A stretch of 64,000 nt of DNA from contig NC_045696.1 in assembly GCF_009834535.1 (NCBI RefSeq), positions 70,930,001-70,994,000 on the forward strand, in the 5' to 3' direction. How positions within the stretch are numbered: position 1 is the first letter of the stretch; the number at the start of each line of letters is the position of its first letter. Source of the DNA: Camelus ferus. Its lineage: Eukaryota. Of the stretch, positions 13,767 through 26,700 are shown in pieces. The translations under genes were made by a program, and so were the position numbers. Below the pieces are notes generated by a model. It did not search any database and had not been told where the DNA came from. It was given only the letters and a program-made list of their open reading frames with translations.

Positions 13767-15110
13767 ATGAGGAAAATTCATCTCTGAGGACTTAAAGAGA
13801 TAAGGCCAAGGTCACCAGTCATTAATGGAGCTAGGATTCCAACCAGGCCTGTCTGGGGTCATCTGGGAGATGCATGCTCACTGGCCTGGAGCCCAAGGGA
13901 AGAATTTGAGGACACAGAGGGAAGTACTTCCTTCATTTAGGACCCAGGCCCCAGGTCACCACAAGAGGCTCCAGGCTACTACAGCACTGATATAGGTCAG
14001 GTTTTGTGGCTTGGCCCAGGCCACACCCTCACAGGACACAAACTGGGACCCAGTTTCAGAGAGAGGGCTGGGAGGACTTGTGTTGTGAGAAGTACCGATA
14101 ATTCTATTCACCTGGCAGCTGCCCCATCTCAATGTGACTTTCAACTCAGAGGAGGGTGCCAGGAGGGCTGACTCACCTAGTCTAACATCCAAGCCAAACA
14201 CTGTGAGGAAAGGGCTCAGCTCCGCCAACGCTGTAACTACAGCAGGATGGGGAGTCTGTGCTGGGATCCCAGCCATGTCTTTGCCTCAGTGTTTTCTCGG
14301 TGTGTTTGGACCTCCTTTTCTCCATGACTTTTGTGAGCTTGGGAACAAGGCATGCTAGGACTTTAACAGGTGGTCCAGAACCACCATGGGATGGTGCTGA
14401 GAGGTGAGAGATGGAGGAACTGACTTAGCTGGTCCTTATAGAAGGGAGAGGATATGGCACTGGCCAGCTCCCAAGATGGGCTTAATTTGGTCTCCAATGA
14501 GGTCCAGTCTGGTGGGCGTTTCCAACACAGGAGGGTAGTTAATAAGCCACATTCCATCCACAGTGGAGTGACTGCTGAACACCTTGGCATAGAATATTTA
14601 GATGGAGAGATATTTACAATATATTATTAAGTAAAGACTGTGTAGAGCAGGATCCTGTTGTTATAAAAAGCAGTGTTCTTGCTTTGAACAAGTGTTTCTG
14701 GAGGGCAGGCCTAAAAGGTGCAGTCTGAGTTCTTGGCTCCATTGATGCCTTTGGGTCCCAAGATCACACTCTTTCCAATAAGTTTCATATTTATCTTCAG
14801 GCTGACCCAAAGGCATGGGGTCAGTACAGGGTCCAGCCCCCTCAACTTCCTACAGTCAGATCCACTCACCTCCATCTCTCCTACAGCCTCTCAAGGATCT
14901 ACTGTCTTGTCTTCTACACCTTCCAAATACAAAGGTAGTTGTTATAACCCCATGCCATTTCCCCAGACAACTGGGCCACTCACTGGGCACCCATCTGTGG
15001 AATGCATCCTTCAGTGATTCCAGAAAGCCTCACTCCGTCCCACCCCCAATTTCTGTTGGGGGTGGCATCCGCGAGGCCAGAATGTGTTTGGGGCACTTTC
15101 TCAATGAAGA

Positions 15111-15111
<1 letters not shown>

Positions 15112-15156
<45 letters not shown>
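15112..15156 (+). repeat. (CA)n microsatellite
   Basis: ~22 uninterrupted CA units. Confidence 0.97.
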
Positions 15157-15159
<3 letters not shown>

Positions 15160-16259
15160 TGAACACTTGTTTAATCTAGGATAATCTACTTTGAAACAAA
15201 AACATAAACACAATATAAATATTGTTTATTTTTCTTATTTACATGCAATTGGCTCATAACAGGTATATTTTTCTGCCTCCAAGATTGAGCTAAGTTCATA
15301 CTTAGGTCTGACACATTTCTCCAAGGAAACAGTCTGCAGAGATGCGTCTCTGTGGCCCCACTACAAAGATGATCTTCAATATGTTGTGCAAGACAGCATG
15401 GCTTCTTAAGGCCACAGTGCCCTCAACCTCCGCCTGCCAGAAGAGGGCCTTCGCAGGACTTGCACAATTAAAGACCTGCAGGAGGACTGCTCAGGACAAA
15501 GGGGAGAGGTCCCCCAGCTCTCTCCTATACACTGAGAACTGGTCTGCTCATAGCTCCAAAATTACAAGATTCAGATTCTGTTCGTATTCTCTCCAGCAGA
15601 AGGAAGGACTGACTTGCTCTGTTATATATTTATCTATTTATGTATATGTATGCTTAGAGAAAACTCTGGAAGGAAACACAACAAAATGTTAAAAGTGGTT
15701 ATGGCAAAGGCCTGGAATTAAAGCATTCTCATATTCTTTTATTGTTATCTGTGTTTTCCACAATGAATGTTTCTTCTCTACTTTGCCAAAGAAATCAAAG
15801 CCACTGTCTGAAACTGCCTCAAAATTCTGTTGCCTTCTCTCCAGCCCTCCCCTATGTCTAACCCATCTCTGTGTCCGCATGTCCTTCCTGCTGTCCTTCC
15901 AAAACCACAGACTGAGGCAGACTCCTTCTGTGTCCTTACTGCCTCTCACTATGTTCCTACTGTGCCTAATATGTAAAACCGAGTGATGAATGCATTACAG
16001 ATGTGTTGTCAATAGTCATACCCCTAATAAATAAACAGAACTCTATAAATGATAACAATGATAATTGTTTTGACTCTCAATACCTCAGTTTCCCTTACCT
16101 GTAAAATAGGGTAATTGTAGTACCTACCTCATAGGTTTGTTACAAGGATTAAATGACTTACCATTCTGTTAAGCACTTAGAAGAGCCTACATAGTAGATG
16201 CTCGGTAAGTGTTTGCTTGTATTACTAGTACTAGTTAGTGTTGTTAGCATTAGTATTAG

Positions 16260-17150
16260 TGCATTCCCCATTTCTGCCGAAACCTTGATTTCATTCATTT
16301 CACCATCGCTCATGACACAACTCAATCTGCTTCCCCTCACCCTTCTGCAATGAAACTCCTCCAGTGAAGACCACAAATGGCCTTCCTTTGCCAAAGTCAA
16401 AGGACAGTATTCAATTTTTATTTTTCCAGACATTTCTTTCTTATCTTCCTTATCACTGAACTACACTCTTTCCTGAAACTTTTTCCTTCCCTCTCCTGTT
16501 CTCCTCATCCTCTGGACTCAGCTTCCTTGCCTGGGTTCTTTCTCTCCACTCAGTCCTTAAACACTGATGCTCCCTGGGGTCCGTCTTCAGCTGCCCGCCC
16601 ACCCTGGGGAGGCTCATGCACTGCCCTGCCACTTACCCTCCTTCTCCCGGACAACCAAATCTGCGCTGCCAGCTCCGGCATCTCCCCTAAGCTGTAGACC
16701 CACATGTCCTAGTACATGCTGGACACTTACACCTGGAGGTCTCTCGTCCCTGTCTGTAATTAACCTCGTCGCCTTTTTAAACCTATGTGTCCTTCAGGCT
16801 TCCTACCTAAACAGGTAAACTGTCAGTGGTGACTCCCTCCCCCGGCAGCGGGAGGCTCAGGAAACCTCGGCTTCTCCCTCTCATCCATCATACCTCCACC
16901 AGCAGAGCTCTTCTCAAGCGTCTGTGTCTCTCCACACTCCTCATAAGAGGTAGGCTGTGAAAGTCTGTCCCAATCTCTCCATCCGTCCTCCTTCTGACCT
17001 TCCTCCTTTTGCCTTCCCCCTTTCTCCATTTATCTGTTCATTCTGTCAGTCAGTCAACTAACAAGCATGGGTTGAACATCTACACTATGCTAGGCTCTAG
17101 GAATATAAAAAGGAAAAACACCGTGTCCCTGAGAGAGCTCAGGATTTAGC
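16260..17150. mobile_element. L2 remnant
   Basis: Degraded L2-like motifs (tgaaactcctccagtgaagacca, cattctgtcagtcagtcaac tail). Confidence 0.55.
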
Positions 17151-19467
17151 GGGAGAGGCTACCACAAACCTTAGTGTCATGAAATGTGGACACACAGGGA
17201 GCTCAGGAGTCCTTCTGTTCGAACTGACAGTTATGTAGATCTGGATTACGAAGGTTTTTACTACAATATTTCAAACAAAGAAGTAAAGACACTAACATAT
17301 CTTATATCTAAGCACCCAACACCCAGCTCTATGGGATTCTTGTATTATTTTCCGCATGTGTTCATATTGTATAATATATGTAACTATATATAATATCCAT
17401 GTTTTCAAACTTCATGCAAAATGTATCACCCTCTACATGTCATTTCTCAGTGATTTTTTTCTCGACATTATGTTTTTGAGATTTATCCACATTTTGAGAT
17501 TTATATATGTACATTTTCACTGCCTTGTAGTATTCCATTTATTTACTCATTCTCTTGTTAGTGGGTATGTAGATGATTTCCAGTTTTTTCCAAACATAAG
17601 CAATGTTATAATGGATTCTTATATGTCTCTGCTGTCTCCTTGTGCACATGGGAGTATTTCTTTAGAAGTCAACCTCAGGGTTGAAAGCCATGCACATCTG
17701 AAGTTTATCCAACATTGCCAAATTGCCCTTCAAAGTGATTATACCAATTTACTGTCCCACTAGCTGCCTGTGAGAGTTTCTGTTTATCTAGTCTACATCC
17801 TTGTAAATACTTGGTAGTATCCTTTTTTAATTACTTTATCAATTTGATGGGTGTGAAATGGTATCTCATGTAGTTTAAATTTTTATTTCCTTGATTTTAA
17901 TGAAGTTGCCCATTCAGATTTCCTTTCCTCTTAATTGTCCTTTCATACTTTTTCTATTGTATTTTCTATCTCTTTCCCATTTCTTTTGTAGGATTTTTTT
18001 TTTAACAAATTGTAGAGACTAATCTTTGGTCACTTCTCTGAGTGGCAAATATGTTCCCCTAGACTGAATCTTACCTTCAAATTTCTTTAAAGTGTCTTTT
18101 TTGAACAGAAGTTGTTCATTTAATACAGGTATGATGTCATTCATTCCTTTTATGCTCTGTTTTTGTGTCCTGTTTAAGAAATCATTACCTGCCCAAAGGT
18201 CATAAAGATCTCTCCATATTTCTCCTAAAAGCTTTAAAGATTAGCTTTTTAGTGACTTATTTTGGAATATGGAACCAGGAGTCTAATTTGATATTCTTCC
18301 ATGTGGATAACCAATTTTCTAAGCATCATTTATTTTTAAAGGTAATTTCTTGCCCCTACTGATTTGAAACGTCAGCTGTTGTGGATCTTTTCCATATGTG
18401 CGTGGGTCTCTTCCTGGGCTCTCTGCTCTGCACCACCACCCTACTCTCTAATTACTATTCCTTTCCAATACCACTCAGTCCTCTTATCTTGTAGGTTAAG
18501 TCTTCCTTCCATCCCACCTCCTCATGTTCTTTTCCAAAATTATCTGGTTCTTGCTCTTCCGTATGAATTTTAAGATTATTTTGTCAAATTCCATCAAAAA
18601 AACTTCATTGGAATTTTTATTGAAATTTAATTAGATCTGTAGATTATTTGGGAGCAATTGGCATGTTTAGGACGTTGAGTCTTCTGATCCATGAACATAT
18701 GTCTCTTCATTTATTTTCCAGTCTTTTTGGTATTCTTCCCACAATGCTTTGCCATTTTCTCTATAAAAATTCCCCTCTCTTCTGTCAGATTAATCACTGG
18801 GCACCTCACACTTTATCTTGCTATTATGAATGAGATCTTTGTTTTTCCTCATATCTTTTCTAACTGGTCAAGATTGATTAGTGGGAAGACTAGTCATTTT
18901 TCTATGTTGACTTTGTGTCTAGCAATACAGCTGAGTTAATTTAATACTTCTAATAGTTTACCTGTAAATTCTTTTGAATTATCTATGTAGACAATTATAT
19001 TCTGCAAAAGAGAACACTTGCATTTCTTTCTTTCCAGCTTTATACCCCTTCTTTTTCCCTTTGTTTTGTTGCATGGGTGAGGTTCTCCAGTGTGGAAAAG
19101 AAGTGATAATAGTAGGCATCCTTATCTTACTCCCAAGTTTAAAAGAAATGCTTCTGAAATTGTGCTATGTGAGTATGCTTGCTGTTGATTATTGATAGAT
19201 AACCTTTGTCATACTCAAAAAGGTTTCTTCTAACCCCAGTGTGGTAGGTTTTATCATGAATGGATTTAAAACTTCATCAGATGCTTTCTGTGCATCTGTT
19301 AAGATGAACACATATTCTCCTTTAATTTTTTGATATGATGAATTACATTAATAAATTTTTCTAAGTTAAACATTCTTGCATTCTGGGCTAAACTCTAATT
19401 ACACCCTACTTAATTCATTTTGCTAGTATTTTATTTATAACTTTTGCATCTAGGTTCTCAAGCAAGA

Positions 19468-20003
19468 ATATCAGTTCCCTATTGCATTAATAACCATTAT
19501 CCCAAAGTCACCGATTAAAACAACAATAAACATTTATTATATCTCAGTTTCTGTGGGTTAGGAGCATGGGAGAAACTTAGCTGGATGGTTCTGTCTTAGG
19601 GTCTTTCATGAGTTACAGTTAAAACATTGGCCAGTGCTACAGCCATCTGAGGGCTTGACTATGACTGGAGAATCCACGTCTAAGATGACCCACTCAATAT
19701 GACTGGCAAGCTGTGCTGGCTATCAGCAGAAGGCTCAGATCCTTGTCACGTGGCCCTCTCTACAGAGAGGCTTGAATGTTTTCATGATATGACCTCTGGC
19801 TTCCTCTGGAGCAAGCTGGACAAAGGATAAGGCAGAGAAGCTCTAATGGCTTTTATGACCTAGGCTCAAGTCATATGCTGTCACTCCTGCAACTCTCTAG
19901 TGGATACACAGACCAGCCATTATTCAGTGTGAGAATCTACACAAGGATGTGAATATCAGGAGATGAGGGGCGTTGGGGGCCATCTTGGAGGATGGCTACC
20001 AAT
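19468..20003 (-). mobile_element. MaLR MLT1-type LTR
   Basis: aaacaacaataaacatttatt...ggggccatcttggaggatggctacca pattern. Confidence 0.8.
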
Positions 20004-21457
20004 GAGATTGGTTTATAATTTTCTTTTCTTGAACTGACCTTGTTTGATTTATATCAAGAATATACCAGCGGCAAACAACAATGTCATACTATATAGCATA
20101 GGGAACTATACTCAATGCCTTGTAACAACCTACTGTGAAAAAGAATAGATATACATACATACGCATAACTGAACCACTATGCTGTATACCAGATACTAAC
20201 ACAACATTGTAAATCAACTATACTTCAATTAAATATATATATACCAGCCCCCAAAATTAATTTCCCTTGTTCAATTCTCTGAAGCAGTTCTTTGAAAGTT
20301 CAGTAAAACCTTTCCATAAAACTTGTCTTTTGAAGGGAGATATGTTTGATTAATTGTACAATTATTATTGGTTAATTCAAACTTTCTATAACTTCTTGGG
20401 TCAAGTCTGATTATTTTTCTTTTTAGAAAAATATCCATTTCCTCTGTTTTCAATTTCATGACATGAAGTTGTACTATTTTTCTTATTATTTTTTCAAATT
20501 TCTAGTTCAGTTCTAATATTACTTATTTGTGACTTTCTCCTTTTTTCCCCTTGAAGAGTCCTGCTAAAAGTTTGTTTTGTTACTTTTCTTTTTCAATGAA
20601 CTGCTTTCGTGTTGTGTGTCTTTGTGTTCTATTTTGCTCCCTTCCATTGTGTTTGCTATTTTCCTCTGTGTTCCTTGGGCTTACTCTGTTATACTTTTTT
20701 CTAGCTCCCATATTGAGTGCTTAATTGATTTTAAATCTGTCTTGTTTTTAATAAATGCCTTAAAATTAGAATTGTTTTGGCTTCATCCTACAAATTCTGA
20801 TTATTTTTATTATCATTCAGTTCTAAATACTTGGTAAATTCCATAATGATATCTTTTTTAACTCATATATTTAGGAGTGACTCCATGCAGTTCTAAACAT
20901 GTGGGAGATTTAATGTTATTTTTATTATTAATTTCTAATTTACTTGTTTTGTGGTCAGAGAACACAATCTGCATGATGTTGACTGAAATCCTTTTTCACC
21001 TGGTATGTGGTTAATATTTCATTATCATGTCATATGTACTTTATATGTATTTACATTTGGAATTTGTTGAGAATATTAGACTAAGATTAATCATTTTCTG
21101 GTGAAAATCATGTATGTACTTACTATATTTTTGCCTACTAGACTTAATCAGTGTCTGATAGAGATGTGTTAAAATCTCCCCTTATGGGATTTTTTTCATT
21201 TCTCTTTGTAATTCTATCAGTTTTTGCTGTACTGTTAAGAGCACAGAGGTCCATGACTGTTGTATCTGCTTAGTAGAGTGGTTTTTTTTATTGTGTAAAG
21301 TTCTTTTATTCCTCTCTTACTAATGCTCTTCACCTTGATTTTGTCTGTTATTAGCATGGCTACACCAGCTTTCTTTTGGATAATAATGACACAGTACATA
21401 TTTGTTCATCATTTAGTTTCAACCTCTATGTTTGGTTCTATTTTAGATATGTGTCTT

Positions 21458-22511
21458 TTTTTTTTTAAGATATTTGAAATACAACTTTAATCTGATTCTA
21501 AACAAAAAGGAATGGGAATGACAGTAACAAACAAGATTTCACCACTGAATATTGTGATGTGACTGTAGCAGTCTTATCTTTGAAATTCAGGGAGGAAACC
21601 ACTGCATTCCAAAACAGCTAAATATGTAGGTCCCAAAAAATGAAGGTTTTTTTTTTTTTCAACTGCCACATTCGCTCCGAAGCCCATTCATGTCCTTCAG
21701 CATCCCAAAGATTGAGCACATATTCTGCTTAGCTATATAATAAAGCGGCAAACACCCTGCACCACTGACATCACAAGACAGTTGCCTATAAAACTAGACT
21801 TCTGATGCTGGGCTCCAGCTTTACTTTCTCACAGGTCATCGTCTTCATCCAGGAGAGCAGTTGTCTGCACAATGTCTACAGCATGCTCACACTGCGCAGC
21901 CAGGGCTGGGTCCATGACCACCTCAGGAGGGGCCAGAGCAGGCACGGCAGCAAACTCCAAGTTCGGGGTTCTGATCAGTTTTCTAGCAAGCCAGAAGGGC
22001 TTTTCAAAGCTGTAGTTACTTTTGGCAGAAATGTCATAGTCCTGAAGATTCTTCTTGTGGTGAAAGACAATTGATTTTGCCTTAACTTTTCTGTCCTTAA
22101 TATCCACTTTGTTGCCACACAACACAATGGGGATGTTTTCATACACTCACACCAGGTCTCTATGCCAGTTCGGCACATTCTTGTAACTCTCGATGTTACA
22201 TCAAACATTATAACGGCACACTGAGCTTGGATATAATAGCCGTCTCTCAGTCCACCAAATTTCTTCTGACCAGCTGTGTCCCATATGTTGAATTTAATAG
22301 GCCCTCTGTTGGTATGGAACACAAGCGGATGGACCTCAACACCCGAGGTAGCTACATACTTCTCAAATTCACCAGTCAGATGACATTTCACGAATATAGA
22401 TTTTCCAGTACCACCATCTCCCACCAATACAAGTTTGAACTGAATTTGAGGTTCTCCTCGGGCAGCCATCATGATGTTACTTCCAGAAGCATCTCCGCAC
22501 CCATCGGACTC
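21458..22511 (-). pseudogene. RAN: Processed RAN GTPase pseudogene (CDS remnant 21829-22469, plus 5'UTR, 3'UTR and poly(A))
   Basis: Intronless; [23 protein letters not shown]...DEDDDL split over two ORFs by a frameshift near 22183; ATTAAA at 21486-21491; T-run 21456-21466; 14-bp TSD tagat(a/g)tgtgtctt at 21444-21457 and 22512-22525. Confidence 0.97.
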
Positions 22512-22940
22512 TAGATGTGTGTCTTATAAGCAGCCTATGTTTGGTTCCTCTGCTTTTATCCATTCTGATCATCTCAGCATTTCACTGGCCAACTTAATCT
22601 GTTTATATAAATAGTGGTTACTTAAACATTTTAACTTATTGACATCATTTCATTTTGTTTCTGTTTAACAACCATTCCTCTTTTTCTCTTTGAAAAATCT
22701 TTGCTGTTTTCTGTTGGATTGATAAAATTTTTATAGTCTCTTATTTTCCCTTTGTTGGTTCAGAAGCTATATATTATATTTTAATTATTCAGCTCATCCT
22801 TAATTCTTAACTTTTATATCTAATCATGATTTATCTTAACAAATCTAAAGTTGTTCCATTTTCTTCTTTTCCTTCATATAGACCAAGGACATTGTCACAC
22901 TTTACCTGATCATTAAACAAATTCTCAATCTCTTGTCATT

Positions 22941-23432
22941 ACAGCACTGCTGTCCTATAGAAATAAAAAACAATCATGTATGAAATTTTATGTTTCTAGC
23001 AGTCACATTTTATTTTTTAACATTTTTTATTGAGTTATAATCATTTTACAATGTTGTGTCAAATTCCAGTGTAGAGAACAATTTTTCAGTTATACATGAA
23101 CATATATATAGTCATTGTCACATTTTTTTCTCTGTGAGCTACCATAAGATCTTGTATATATTTCCCTGTGTCTAGTAGTCACATTTTAAATAGTAAAAGA
23201 GCGAGGCTTAAGTTAATAATGTATCTTATTTAATCCAATATATCTAAAATATTGTCATTTCAATATGTAATCAATAATTTAAATTACTAATGAGATATTT
23301 TGTGGTCTTTTATGCATTCTAAGCCCCAGAAATCCAATGTGCATTGCACTGTAATACATCTCATTATTGACTAGCCACACTTCAAGTGCTCAATGGCCAT
23401 ATGTGGCTAATAGCTACCATATTGAACTATGA
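22941..23432. mobile_element. MER3/MER33-like hAT-Charlie MITE, split by an L1 fragment
   Basis: gactagccacacttcaagtgctcaatggccatatgtggctaatagctaccatattg motif. Confidence 0.75.
23012..23170 (-). mobile_element. Short lineage-specific L1 3' insertion
   Basis: 17-bp TSD tctag(c/t)agtcacatttt at 22995-23011 and 23171-23187; same family as 45725-45979. Confidence 0.88.
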
Positions 23433-23539
23433 AGGTCTAGGGTTTTAGTTTTGCCTGTTGTTTAGGGGAAAAATAAAGAAAGTTGCAGATTTCCAGTAAC
23501 CTAACTCCTTCCCAAGTCTTTATTTTAGAACTGTCTAAA

Positions 23540-25660
23540 ATGATTTTTTTAAACACAGAATCACAGAAGTAAGGAGAAAAAAGGACATCAACAAAATTTG
23601 GAAGCTGAAAAGCAGATGGACAAGGAATGGCAGATTCAATATATCTGAATAAGCTGACACCAAAGCCAACTCTACAGGAAATGCATGAGCAAACTGACAC
23701 AGTGTGTGCAACCCTGAAAGGTCATAGAAAATTAGGGCACCAGGTATCCCTGAGACTAGGGATGTGGGTGGGACTAATTGGGGTGATTGATTTAAAATCT
23801 GTATGAGAAGGATTATCCCTGTGGGCTCCTGGAACATGGCAGGCAGGCTCACACCTCACAATCAGCAGATTAGAAGATTCCTCTCTGGGGAAGCTGGCCA
23901 GTCCTAGAGAAAAGACTTACATATACTGACATTGTGGGCCCATGAGAAAATGGTTCAGCCAGACAATCCTACAGTGAAACCCCCCAGGGCCAGCCACACC
24001 CACGTCCACAGAGCTTCCAGTCAGCTTTTTATGCTTTCTCCTAAACATTAACAAGAAAGGATTACCAAACATTTGAGCTTCCCATGTGAAGAAACAAAAA
24101 TAAACAAGTAAATAAAGAGGAATTTTGAAGGGGGAAAAAACACTTTGAGAACAGGGTAAAAAACTGCTTTAAAAATCTGTAATTAATATCTTCAGAGAGA
24201 TAGGCAGTGATGTGTGGATAATAAAAATATGAGAAAATAAATGAAAATTTTAGAAGGAGATTTAGAAATAAAGCCAAGGAATCTGAAGGTAATAGAATGA
24301 GAGAGAGACAGATTAAAAATAGAAGTAAAACCTCCAAAACTGTAAAATATATGAATTTTGGTTGTCAAAAGAAAGAAAGAGAAAAAAGGAGCACCTTTAA
24401 ATGATCGATCCAGAAGTTCCAACATCCAAATAATAGGAAACCTACAAAGAGAAAATGGAGAGAGAAAAGTACCCAAAAAATAATTCAAGAAAAACTTCAG
24501 AGAGAAAAAGACACGAGTTTTTAGAGTAAGAGCATCTCCACATTATCAGGACAATTAATTTCTTTTTAGCACCTCAAGAAAGAAAGAGAGAAAGAAAGAC
24601 AATTAATTTTTAAAAGATCCCACCAAAATGTGTAATCATTAAATATCAGAACAACAGGGATAAAAGAAAAAGCCTAAAATTTTTCTAAAATTTAAAAGAA
24701 AGTCCTTACACAGGATCTGGAATAAAAATATCAACAGACTTCGAAGCAGTAACAATGGAAGCTAAAAGATAATGGAGCCGTGTCTTCAAATTCTAAGAGA
24801 AAATTATTTCTGGCCCAGAATCACATGTACAGCCTGACCATCACTCAAACATGATGGTTGAACAGACATTTTCAGAGATGAAAGCTCACCCGTACACAGG
24901 AAGCCTCTGGAGACTATACTCCATCAAAATGAGGGACTAAGTCAAGAAAGAAGAAGACACAAGACATAGGATACATCCTCAGAGGGAAAGAGAAGGGATG
25001 TCCCAGCAAGACAGCTGTACAGGAGGCACAGCCACCATGGACAGAAACAGGAGGACCAATGGTTCTAAGAGGAGATGTCCCCAAGAAAAAGATGAAGTTG
25101 ATAGATTACCTAGCATGTTCAGACATATTGAGAGGAGACCAGCCACTCATAGGAATAGAAATCTAATCAAACAAAAAGATAGACTATTTTTTTTAATGGC
25201 AGTACTGGGGATCAAACCCAGGACCTCACACATGCTAAGAACATGCTCTACCACCAAGCTATACCCCCACGCCCCCCAGACTATTATTTTCACCAGGGAA
25301 AGCAAAAAGTGATACAAGAACGGAAAGGTAATCATAGCACAACACAAACTTTAGCTGTGAAAAGTACTAATATAGTAATACTAATATGAGCATTGAATAA
25401 CTAGAAAGTATGATGTAATTACTTTGAAAGGGAAGAGGGGAGAACTGGGGAGGGAGAAAAATAATGTCATCTTCCATAATAGGAGATCAATCCATGTTAC
25501 CTAATGAAAAAATAAGAAAAATATAAATGAAGTATATAGAAACATAGAGGCAAAAAAAAAAAAAAACACAACAAAATACTAGCTAAAGGGAGTTGAAAGT
25601 GTTTGCCTTTAGGGGTTGGGAACTGAGGTGGGGTAGGAGTGGACAAGGGGTTGCAATTAT
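23540..25660 (+). mobile_element. HAL1/L1M-like element (5' region and ORF1 remnant)
   Basis: tttggaagctgaaaagcagatgg motif and A-rich ORF1-like body; related copy at 33230-33800. Confidence 0.6.
25187..25276 (-). mobile_element. tRNA-derived camelid-type SINE
   Basis: Same consensus as the other copies; flanking agactatt duplication. Confidence 0.85.
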
Positions 25661-25675
25661 TCATTAAAAGTTATA

Positions 25676-26170
25676 TAGGCACACATAGGTGATATCATGG
25701 GCTTGGTTCCAGACCACCACAGTAATGTGAATATTGCAATAAAGCAAGTTACATGAATTTTTTGGTTTCCCAGTGCACATAAAAGTTATGCTTACACTCT
25801 ACTGTAGTCTTTTAAGTGTGCAATAGCATTATGTCCAAAAAAATGTACATACCTTAATTTAAAAATACTTTATTGCTAAAAAATGTTAACCATCATCTGA
25901 GCTTTCAACAAGTTATTTTTTTTCAGTAGTAACATCAAAGATCACTAATCACAGATCACCATAATGAATATAACAATAATAAAAAAAAAGCTTAAATTAT
26001 TGCTAGCATCACCAAAATGTGACACAGAGACATGAAGTGAGCAAATGCTGTTGGAAAAATGGCACAAATAGACTTGCTCAATGCAGGATTGCCACAAACC
26101 TTCAATTTGCAAAAAACACAGTATCTGTGAAGCACAATAAAGCAAAATGCAATAAAACAAGGTAACCCTG
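25676..26170 (-). mobile_element. Tigger1-derived internally deleted DNA transposon
   Basis: Degenerate TIRs, TA flanks; homologous to 62292-62612. Confidence 0.88.
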
Positions 26171-26171
26171 T

Positions 26172-26700
26172 ATTAATTATCTACTGTTGTACAACAAATC
26201 CCCCTAAGCTAATCAGCTTAAAATAACAATGAACATTTGTTATCTCATTTAGTATCTGGTGAGTCATAAATTCAGTTTAGTTGGGTGGTTCTGGCTCAGA
26301 ATCTCTCACTAGCTTGCTGTCAATATCCCTGCCAGGGCCATAATCATCCGAAAGCTTGACTGAGGCTGGAGGACCCCTCTCCAAAGTGGCCCACGAACAT
26401 ACCTGGCAGTTAGCATCGGTTGTTAGCCTGAGGCCTCAGTTCCCTGCTACACAGAACTTTCCTTGGGGCTGCTTGAGTGTCCTCACCACAGGGTATTTTC
26501 CCTCCCCAAGAGCAAGTGAGCCTAGAGAAAACCATGTGGAAGATGTGGCAGCTGCAATGTCTTTCATCTTTTAACCTCAGATGTCACACACCATTATGTT
26601 CTGCAATATCCTCTTGGTCACACAGGTCAGCCCTATTAAGTGTGGGAGGGTACAACACCAGGGCATGACCAGGAGGCAAGAGTCATTGGGGGCCATCCTT
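26172..26700 (-). mobile_element. MaLR MLT1-type LTR
   Basis: Similar to 19468-20003 (cttaaaataacaatgaacatt...ggggccatc). Confidence 0.75.

Larger units (their letters stand above)
17330..22930 (-). mobile_element. Large old L1M element, interrupted by MLT1, a younger L1 fragment and the RAN pseudogene
   Basis: T-rich antisense L1 ORF2 and 3' motifs throughout (attgccaaattgcccttcaaagtg, gtgaaatggtatctca). Confidence 0.8.

Noticed and set aside
25945..26160. ORF sharing LQIEGLWQ with ORF 62230-62451, suggesting a small gene family
   Set aside because: Both are translations of Tigger1 terminal sequence
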